A stretch of 20,000 nt of DNA from Saprolegnia diclina VS20 (Eukaryota). Positions 1 to 8,820 of the stretch are shown in pieces. The notes beneath the pieces are model-generated. The model worked only from the letters and a program-made list of their open reading frames with translations, had not been told where the DNA came from and made no database searches. The stretch covers positions 427,139 through 447,138 of the forward strand of contig NW_008246088.1 in assembly GCF_000281045.1 (NCBI RefSeq), read 5' to 3'. Within the stretch, counting starts at the first letter, position 1, and the number at the start of each line of letters is the position of its first letter. A program made the position numbers and the translations under genes.

Positions 1-116
1 AAGTGTACAAGTCCGAGCCAGCGTCGAGCCAGATACACGACGGAACAAATGACAATGACTGCCTCCGTCTAAAGCTCTCCACCTGCGCGACGACTAACAA
101 GACATTGAACTCATAG
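1..116 (+). CDS. Possible 3' end of an upstream gene (…VYKSEPASSQIHDGTNDNDCLRLKLSTCATTNKTLNS*)
   Basis: Frame starting at base 3 is open from the window edge to TAG at 114-116. It converges on the next gene's stop (162) with a 45-bp gap, like other convergent pairs here. Too short to identify. Confidence 0.3.
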   Translation, partial: VYKSEPASSQIHDGTNDNDCLRLKLSTCATTNKTLNS

Positions 117-161
117 TACGTTTGGCAAGTTCAAGCACCATACGGTAGCACGATTCTTGGG

Positions 162-3043
162 TTAGCGTGCAGCTTTGGAGGGCATGATTTTTCCCGCCGA
201 TAGCATGGCAGCGCGCAGTCCCGAGCTGTGCTTTGTCGATAGAAGCAGCTCGAGATGGCCAAAATAGTCGACTTCGGCGGGCTTGAGCCGGTGCTTGATG
301 TGTGTCCGAAGCATGGGCTGGTCTTGCAAATGACGGACAACGGTTTTGAGGACGGCGAGGGTGTTTGGGCGCAGCTCTCGCACGCCCAAATGATCCTGGC
401 AGCCTTCGTTCATGATCATGGTGACTTGCACTATCAGCATGGCTTCATCTCGTTTTCGTTTCTTGATGGCGGCGACAACGTCGGGCTCGATCAAGTTGGC
501 TTGTTTCGACTGGAGCAAGAACGACGTGACCTTTTGCACCGAGAGCTCGGCATGGCGCGGCGGTGCGAGCGTGGGCGCAATGGCCGTCATGGATCTCGCT
601 TGGGAGAAGAGTCGCGCCCGGCTCAGCGTGCCTTGGCGCTTGCTCTTGCGCATCGTCATGTCTTGCGTCGCGCGATGCAGTTCGTCCAAGTAAACTTGGA
701 ACGCCCAGTGCGTCGAGAGACAAATGTCATCGAGCAGCGTTAACAGCTTGTACGACGTTGTGATCTGTGCTTGGGTGGCGAGGATGTTGGCGACAAACGC
801 TTCCGAGAGCGCATTTGCTGGATTACAAGCGGCAGCATGGCTCTCGACCATCTGGACGACGCTCAGAACGACACCGGCGACACCCTCGGCCCGGCCCACT
901 TCGCTCGGGTCGCGACTCGCCCGCAAGAGGTACTGGGACAAGTGGAGGAGGTTCCAGTAGTCGGTGAAATGCACTGTCATCAACTCGGAGTCCTCAAAAT
1001 GCGAGACAAAGAGTTGACGGAGTGTCGCAGCGGCAGCGCTCGACTGACTCGGACTTGAGCTGGCGCAGATCGAGCAGCAGACATACAGCATCGTCGGCTG
1101 CGAGAGTCGAAGGATGCGCGCCACGTACATCTCTTGCAGCACTTTGGCAGCGATAAGGCGCGTGGGAGACGCCGACATACGGCTGAGAAGCACGAGTGCG
1201 TGAATGCAGTTGGGAAGAATCGATGCAATATGCGGTGACGACGAGAGGTCGTCCATGTGCTGTGTCATGGTGTGCGCACCAATGGCGACGTTGCGCTGAA
1301 CGAGCGCGAGGAGTGCGGACCCGTGCGATCTAGTGCGGCTGTGAAAGTTGGTCGGCCCAAAATAATTGCTTGTGGAGAGGCGCTGGTTGGCCCAGAGACC
1401 AAGGGACAACGTTGGGTCCGTGCCTGGCTCTCGGAACGGTGTGTCGATCGAGACGTACTTAAAGTACAGATTCCATAGCGCCTGGCACGTGTACGCGAGC
1501 ACGAGTCCTTCTTCCAAGGCCGGCGATGCCTTCAAGTTTTCGTCGAGAAGCGTCAAGAGGTCGAGAATGTCGCTGGTGGACCAGCGAGACTGATCTTCGA
1601 GCGCGATGCTCACGGCCGCGATTGCGCGGACACGTGGTGTCGAGTGGACCAGTGACGCCTTCAAGCTTAGGTTGGGAACATGGTACAAACGGGCGCGGCG
1701 CGAGTTGAAGGCCCACGTAGCCGCTGCAAATGGAAGGTAGGCCACGGCGGCGGCCTGTAAAACGTATTGCTGCACAAGCGACATGCTCTCCGCGCCGCTC
1801 GCTTGAAGTGCACACGAAATTCCAAAGAGGATCGTCGACGTGTACACGGAGGTCGCAAACGAAAGTGACCGCAAGTTGTTTGGGAAGAGCCCGACGCCGA
1901 GGCACTAGACGTAGTTTGCATGTCTGTTGCTACGAGGTGCACGTACCGGCTGGTTGACGTAGTTGTAGCGCAAGAGAAGCGAGAAGAGCACCATATTGAA
2001 GATGCTGAACGCGAGGAAGACGTGGATCTTGTTGAAGTACAAGAGGAGGCGCTGGACCGTGAAAAAGCCGAGGCAGCACGCTAGTTGAAGTGGCACCATT
2101 TTATCAACGACAAAAGGTGGAGATGTATGGTTTTACCTGTCCGCGTGTACGCCATGAGGGACCCAAACGACGTCTGGTATCGAAATCGAACCGCGAACAC
2201 TTGGTCGTTGAGGCGTAGCTTGTACTGCAGCGAGTCTACGCACACTCCATAGGATCCATATGCAGAGCTGGTATGCATCCATACGCCAGTAAAAGAGCAC
2301 AAAAGAGGCGGTGCCAAGCGCGGCAAACACGCCATATCGACTTTCGCTGCCGCACGTTGTGCCGTCCGGTAGTACCCACGTGTCCATACCGTTGGAGCAC
2401 GCTCCAATGTCGATGATGGTATACATGTAAAACAGGCTGCACGTATCAAAAAGCAGCGGCGCGACCACTTTTGTCAAGAGACCGTCGATGCGCCTTGTGA
2501 CGCGCCGCGGCAAGAGCAGTAACCACAACAGCAGTGTCAGGAGACAGAACTTTAGCCACTGAAAACCCGCCGACGACTGCGCCGTGAACGTACCATTGGT
2601 ATACTCGTACAAGAGGAGCTGCACGGGAAGGTAGCTAAAACCGACAAGCTCTGTGCCCATCGCGAGCAGCATGAGCACCCGGCGCGGGTCGCCAATCTCG
2701 CGACCAAGGACGCTCTGTGTTTGACGCGCCACGACGACACCGAGTGCTAGGAACACATCGTAACCAATAAAAAACTCAGTGGTGTCGGCGTACCTTGAGT
2801 ATTGATGTCGTGAAGGTCGTCGACGCTCGTTCTTAGCTCGCGTACGATGCCCGTGAACCAGCCAAACCAGAGGCTAATCCCGAGAAAGATGGTCCAGAGG
2901 GTCGTGGGCAGCACCGCGTTCAGGATGTTGAGGTCGCAGCACGCCCAGTTGTTGCTAAAGCCGAGCGCGCAAATCGACGTCCAGTTGACGTGGGCGCACT
3001 TGCGGAGGCAGACGCCGGTCGGGTCGTCGCAAGACTCGGCCAT
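162..3043 (-). CDS. Uncharacterised multi-pass membrane protein, ~895 aa, with a long helical C-terminal region; complement(join(162..1904,1947..2080,2137..2235,2285..2746,2794..3043))
   Basis: Four GT-AG introns (2747-2793, 2236-2284, 2081-2136, 1905-1946; 47/49/56/42 nt) join ORFs 2747..3043, 2133..2756, 2081..2449, 1905..2099 and 162..1874 in frame. The N-terminus is Cys-rich, followed by many hydrophobic segments (e.g. TLWTIFLGISLWFGWF, WLKFCLLTLLLWLLLL, VFAALGTASFVLFYW, VFLAFSIFNMVLFSLLL) and then a Leu/Ala-rich helical region. Confidence 0.8.
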
Positions 3044-3368
3044 GCGTCCTTTCCCGCGCTATTTACGTCGCTCACCAAAACGCTCGGCGGTTGAGCCTTC
3101 TTATACTACGAGTTTAGCGCAATGACTGCCCTCCGAATAAGACATCGCGCCTCGCACCGCGAGCACTTCGAGCTTCGTTCGCGTTAATGCTCTGTCAACG
3201 CCATAGTTGAATATCGCCCTGAGCTCGTCGGCTTGGCTTTAGTTTCCAAACACACGTGTGTGAAATGTGTAAAAGACTGTGTGAAACAAGGTGATTGGTG
3301 CAGGCCTTTCTGAGACACGTTGCCAATCCAGCGAAGCGAGCCATTTTTTCGAACGTCGACAGGCGAGC

Positions 3369-6300
3369 ATGCGAGCGCTCGGTATCGCGATAGTCGTTGG
3401 CACCGCCTACAGCCGCAGTACTGCGGTTGTGTCTCTGGTCGAGTGGAACATCTCAGCGCTCAACGGCCTCTGCGCCTACGATCGCCTTCAAGTCCAGGCG
3501 TCCTGGACAATTGAGGCTATGTACGAGCCCACCGAGACGGCCTTCATAGGGCTTGTGCACGCGGCGACCGATGAACTCATTCGTGGCTCGGACGTCGAGC
3601 TGCATGCTGTGCGAACCAGCGATAATGACTTAAAGCGCAGTCCGCGAGGGCTTCGCTGCGAGGTCGACCCGGCCATGTGCCAACCCGACGTGACGACACT
3701 CGTTGTCCCCAACCGACCCGACGGAGCGCTACAAGTCGGCGACGAGCTCGAACTTGCGTTTTCCGACGACACGAACGAGCCGCCGGTGGCGACCAAGGCC
3801 GATCTCGAAGCGATCTTGGACTTCCCAAATGACTTTGGCTCCACCGTCGCGGGGACCTGGGTCACGCCGCGGCTGCTACGCATCGAGATTCTCGTCGCGC
3901 CAGTCGACGACGTCTATATCCGCGATATCCAGCGCTCTCCCAGCGTCAAAGCCTTTCCCACCGAGTACAACGCGCTGGAAGCGTGGACGTATAGCAGTGT
4001 GCCCGTGACCTTTCGTGTGGGCGTTTCCGGCGACTACCGCCTTGTACTGCGGCTTGGCGACCACTCATTGCTCCCGCACGCGTCCTACGTCGTCTCAATT
4101 GATGACGACGCGCATTGTGCGACAGACAAAGTTCTGCACACTCTCGTCCTCGACGCGGCGGCGACAGTTCGCTCACCGTCGTATGTCATTCCCGGCATCC
4201 TCGCGCTCGACGGGGACCACTCGGCGACGATCCCGCACACGTCGACTGTGACCTCTAGTACTGGCTCCTGGTCGATTCTGATGTGGGTGTACTTGACCAA
4301 AAGAGCCACTGAGGTGCACCAAACGCTGCTGTACAAGGGCTCGGGCAATGACGACCACCGGACGCCGTCCATGTGGCTCAATCCGCACGACCAGACGCTC
4401 ATGCTCAGCGTGAGCTCGCGCGACGACATGTTTGCGTCCGTCTCGAGCGCATCGGCGCTGCCACTCAGCCGGTGGACGCTTCTTGGCGTCGCGTTGGCCA
4501 ACCACAGCGCCGACAGCTTTGACGTGACCCTCACAATCAACGGCCGCGTCGACGCAAGCATACGCGGTAATAACGCGACACTGCTTCCGAATGCCGGCAA
4601 CGTGTACGTCGGCGGATGCCCTTGGGTCCGCGGCATCCAAGGCTTTGTCAGTGACGTCCGCCTCTACGACGACGCCATGTCTGCGATGGACATCGGACGG
4701 CTCTTTTCGTCCGAGCAAGCGATGTACTTTGGGCGTGGCCGCCCGGCGCAGCTTGGGCAGCTGATCGCTGACTCTACGACCTCAGCGATGACGGGCACCG
4801 AGCTCGTGGGAGCCTCGATCGATGCGTCCGACATGAATGCCCTTCTCGAATCTGGCTCGTCGTACCTTTTCGGTCAACGCTACGATGGTGCAGAGTATGT
4901 CGCAGCTGCACAAGACAGGGAAACCGCCGTCGAGCTCTTCACGTCGGCCTTGCAGCGCGGCGACTGGCGGGCCGCGCGGTATTTGGGACTCGTTGCCTCG
5001 ACGTCACACCCAGGTACTTCGTTTATCGTCCATTGTGCAATCGAACACCAATCGCTAGAGGATGCTCTCTTGCTGTATCATGTGGCTGCCATGGCGGGGG
5101 ACTACACGGCCATGGCGATCTTGGCGCGCAAGTACCAACAAGCAACGGATGCCGAGACGGCGGCACACTACTACAGCTGGGCGGGGGCCGAGGCGCATCG
5201 GCAATACCATCGTCGTGGCCACGAACCACTGTAGGTTTCGACGCTCTTTTGGATTCTGAGCTCAACCTGTGGGGTGTAGGCATGAAATGAACTCGCTCTT
5301 CCACGCCGACGACGTCGATGTGACGCTGGGCCAAGCAGGTGACGACGACGCTTGGATCCAATATCAAAAAATGCGCGCCGACGTCGAAGGCGACCTGGAA
5401 GCAATGACGGCGATGGGCGATCTCTACTACTGGGGGGCCCGCGGCTGCGTCCGCGACCACGCCCGCGCATTTAGTTACTTTCGGCGCGCTGCCGACGCCG
5501 GTCATGTCGTCGCCATGGTAACCAGTGATCGAATCATGGAACCAACGACCTGTGTCTGACGTGTATCTAGTCGGCGGCGGGCGGCATGCTCCTCAAGGGC
5601 GAAGGCGTCGACCAAAACAACGTCACAGCGATCGCGTACTATGAAAAAGCGGCGGTCGCCCACAACGTGCGGGCTCTCAACGGGCTTGGTTACATTCACT
5701 TTTACGGCTCGGCCAACGTCACCCAAAACCTGACGCAAGGGTTAGCGTACTTTGAAGCGGCGGCGCAGCTGCAGTCGGACGGCGACAGTCTCTTCAACAC
5801 GGGGTATTGTTACCTGCAAGGCCTCGGCACCGATGTGAATACGACGCGCGCGCTCGAGTACCTCACGGTGGCCGCGCGGTCGTTTGGTCACTTTGACGCT
5901 GTGCACGAGCTTGGCACTGTTTACCTCGGTGTTCGACCGACGGGCAACGACCACCGGCGTCTTGCAGCGGCGATGCCCTACCTCCAGGCAACGACCGACG
6001 CTGGGCCATGGGGAAAGAGTGCCCGCCTTGGCTTTGATCTCTACCGTCGGCGCGAGGTGCAAGGCGCCATCTGGCGCTACCACGAAGCGCATGAGCTCGG
6101 CTACCCGGTTGCAGCGGGGAACCTCGCCTACTTGTATGGTCTTGTTGGCGGCGACCACGCGCCGTATCTCCTCCAAGCCACCGAAGTCGAGGCGTCGCTC
6201 CGACTCGGCGATTGCTACTACTACGGCAAGGGCGGCGTGGCGAAAGATGTCCGAAAAGCACTGGCCTACTACGTCCAAGCGAGCTCCGATGGACTTAGCA

Positions 6301-6608
6301 TCGGGGCGTACAACGCTGGGTTTCTATACGAGCACGGCGACCAAGGCGTTGCTGCCGACACCAACCGCGCCGAACGCTACTACAAACGCGCTCTCGAACT
6401 CTCCCCGTCGCCCGAGACATACCTCGTCGTGTACTTGTCGCTGGCTCGCATGTCGCTCGGGCTCACTTCGTGGTCGACCTCCCGCCTCGTGCCAGTCATC
6501 GACAACGACGCGTCAACGATCGATACAGCGCCATTTTGCACCGTGGCAACGGCTCTCACGGCGGCAACGGTGGTCGGCTTGACCATGCATTATTGGCGTC
6601 GGTCATAA
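3369..6608 (+). CDS. SEL1L3-like protein, ~1030 aa: signal peptide, LamG/concanavalin-A-like domain, Sel1 repeats, C-terminal TM; join(3369..5013,5059..5230,5280..5517,5571..6608)
   Basis: ATG 3369 gives hydrophobic MRALGIAIVVGTA. LamG motifs: WSILMWVYL…RTPSMWL…LPLSRWTLLGV…VSDVRLYDDAMS. Sel1 repeats: AMTAMGDLYYWGARGCVRDHARAFSYFRRAA, ALNGLGYIHFYG, LRLGDCYYYGKGGVAKDVRKALAYY. The C-terminal hydrophobic segment ends in WRRS. Introns 5014-5058, 5231-5279 and 5518-5570 give an in-frame join. Confidence 0.85.
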
Positions 6609-6668
6609 GTTTGCAAAAAATGTGATGCTGATTGTGGGATTAACGTACAGCAGGTTACAGCAGCGTGG

Positions 6669-8111
6669 TTAGAGCTTGAGCGTGACCATGCCGGCGTCAA
6701 GGGCTGGCTCGAGAGCGGCCGGCTTCAAGCTTGGTCGCACGTAGTCAAAGCCTGCAAAGTCTTTGTTTGCGTTGAAGAACGCGTCGTCCTTGGCGTTGGC
6801 CTCGTCGAGCGCGTGCGGCTGTTCGGTGAACTGCGGGTCAAAGTTGCCGACAAAGTCGTCGCCGGCGGGCTTGGGTACAATGGGCGGCGTCGTTTCCTTC
6901 TTCAAAACACGGTCCCAGTCGACTCCGTGGAACCATGGGTGCGCCTTGAGCTCGGCGATGCCGGCCATGTGTCCGAGGCGCTTGGTCGGGTCCTTCTCGA
7001 GGAGGCTTGTGAGCAAGTCCTGAAATTCCGTCGAGATGGCGGCAGTAAACTTGGGCGACTGGAATAAAATACGCTGATGCGTGTGTTTCTGCTTGGATTG
7101 TGGCAAGTAGAACGGCGGGTACCCCGACCGGAGCTCGTACAAGAGGCAACCGAGTTGCCACATGTCGACTTGAAGCCCATGGCCTTGCGGCGACCGGCTC
7201 ACCATCTCAGGCGGGAGGTATGTGTCGGTGCCGCACATGGTCTTGGTGCGTGCGTGGTGGGTCTCGAGACGCTTGGAGAGGCCCATGTCGGCAAGCTTGA
7301 TGTGCCCGTCCGTATCGAGAAGCACGTTCTCGGGTTTGATGTCGCGGTGCAGAATGTGCATCGTGTGCAAATGCTCCAGTGCAAGGACAAGCTCTGTGGC
7401 GTAGAAGCGCACGACCGACTCGGCAAAGGACCCGCCGTGGTTTTGCATGTGAAGGAAGAGGTCGCCGCCCGGCATAAACTTTGAGACGAGGTATAGCGAT
7501 CGACCGCTCGAGAAGGCGTAGTCGAGCCCAAGCACATACGGATGCTCAGCGACCCACTCCATGACCATGCGCTCGGTGTGAATGACTTTTGGCTTGACCT
7601 GCCCGGCCTTCATCTCCTTGATCGCATACAGCTGTGCGCTGGGGCCACGTGCCAGGATCACGCGGCCGTAATGGCCTTTCCCAATGAGCTTGAGCGTCGC
7701 AAAATCGGTCGGCGACGGGACGAGACGCTGGACGCCGTGCGCGTGTGTGACAAACTTGGCGCGGTCCTTCTCGCTATCGGCAGCGAACGTGACGCTGCCA
7801 CGGCCAGTCTCGGGCGTGATGATGAAGACGTTGCCGAGGTTGTCGTCGTCGACGAGCTTGATCTGGCAGGCCTTGAGGTTCAAAAACTTGTAGTGCCGGT
7901 CGTCGGTCGTCGTCGCCGCTGTCTTGGCTGCGCGGTAGTAGACGAGGAAGTTGGCCTTGATCATGACGCAGTACTTGTGCGAGCTCCAGACAGGGAAGAG
8001 GTTGCGCTTCTTACGGAAGAGGTTGATGAACGTCGATGGCAGCGAGTTGATAAAGGCCTTCGAGTCGTCCGACAGGTCGACCTCGGCCTTCCGGAAGACG
8101 TTGAGAACCAT
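6669..8111 (-). CDS. PH-domain AGC-family Ser/Thr kinase (Akt/PKB-like architecture), 480 aa, intronless
   Basis: N-terminal PH-like domain (WSSHKYCVMIKANFLVYY…VTFAADSEKDRAKFV). Kinase motifs: IGKGHYGRV, YAIKEM, HRDIKPEN, DMG, TMCGT. AGC C-tail: HPWF..VDW…PPIVP…NFDPQFT…FAGFDY. Confidence 0.95.
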   Translation of the reverse strand: MVLNVFRKAEVDLSDDSKAFINSLPSTFINLFRKKRNLFPVWSSHKYCVMIKANFLVYYRAAKTAATTTDDRHYKFLNLKACQIKLVDDDNLGNVFIITPETGRGSVTFAADSEKDRAKFVTHAHGVQRLVPSPTDFATLKLIGKGHYGRVILARGPSAQLYAIKEMKAGQVKPKVIHTERMVMEWVAEHPYVLGLDYAFSSGRSLYLVSKFMPGGDLFLHMQNHGGSFAESVVRFYATELVLALEHLHTMHILHRDIKPENVLLDTDGHIKLADMGLSKRLETHHARTKTMCGTDTYLPPEMVSRSPQGHGLQVDMWQLGCLLYELRSGYPPFYLPQSKQKHTHQRILFQSPKFTAAISTEFQDLLTSLLEKDPTKRLGHMAGIAELKAHPWFHGVDWDRVLKKETTPPIVPKPAGDDFVGNFDPQFTEQPHALDEANAKDDAFFNANKDFAGFDYVRPSLKPAALEPALDAGMVTLKL

Positions 8112-8140
8112 GGCGCCGACAGCGAGCGATGGGCGAGGTG

Positions 8141-8182
8141 CGGTGGCAGGCGGTGGCAGGCGGTGGCAGGCGGTGGCAGGCG
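8141..8182. repeat. Perfect 10-bp tandem repeat (CGGTGGCAGG)x4 in the predicted kinase 5'UTR
   Basis: Read directly: four identical copies 8141-8180, 30 bp upstream of the kinase ATG. Confidence 0.95.
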
Positions 8183-8208
8183 TCGGTGCTGCCGTCGCCG
8201 TGGCCGAG

Positions 8209-8222
8209 AAATCGCAGGATGA
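8209..8222 (-). promoter_or_regulatory. INR/FPR-like oomycete core promoter element for the kinase
   Basis: Minus strand TCATCCTGCGATTT resembles the oomycete TCATTYYNCAWTT initiator motif, ~100 bp upstream of the ATG. Confidence 0.45.
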
Positions 8223-8283
8223 ATCGCAGCCCGGTGCTGATCGCCGACCTTCTAAATATAGCGGCCAGGACGTTGAACGCGCT

Positions 8284-8349
8284 GATTGGTGCGTTGTGAT
8301 CGTGCTTGGAGCGGATTGGTCGGTTCCACTGCATCTCGCCGATGATTGG
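8284..8349 (-). promoter_or_regulatory. Three CCAAT boxes (CCAATC) with exact 30-bp periodicity
   Basis: GATTGG on + at 8284, 8314 and 8344, in the divergent intergenic region between the kinase and the methyltransferase. Confidence 0.65.
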
Positions 8350-8820
8350 CACGATCCAGCACCAACCTATTTAAACCGCTGGATCCAGGCGCCGTTTTCG
8401 CGATGGCCGGACGCCGACTGCATTTTCTATGCGCTATGGCAGCAGTACTGCGACATCGCTGAGGTGAAGAGAAGAGCTCGGCGGATGCTGTTAGAAGCAT
8501 ACAAGAACGAGTTTTGAACCTGTTCCAAGAAGGATCGCGGGCGAAGCCTACTCGTTCAGTGTAGAAGAAGCCTTTGTGCAGTTTGGCCCTTAGCTGCATT
8601 GCAGCACGACGGGCTTTCTTTTAATATTCAGTTTCCCATCAGTGTGTTCAGGAGCAGAGCCGCCCGAATCGAGAACGCAAAGGCTTCGCCTGCTATCCTC
8701 CCAACCAAGCTTACTCGCCATAGAGCTTGCCACGTCATGACCACCTGGTTGCTGGAAACCTGTAACAATACATATTTGCAAACCGAAGATGCAATGCGAG
8801 AGGTTTGCATTTTGGCAGCG

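Noticed and set aside
3291..3368. Longer N-termini from the ORF track (3291 GTG, 8599 TTG, 11179, 11861 TTG)
   Set aside because: Non-ATG starts from a prokaryote-style ORF caller; downstream ATGs give sensible signal-peptide or myristoylation N-termini.
7542..8517. Plus-strand ORFs 7542..8222 and 7951..8517
   Set aside because: Antisense to the kinase; open frames are expected from high GC3 codon bias and the 10-bp repeat.
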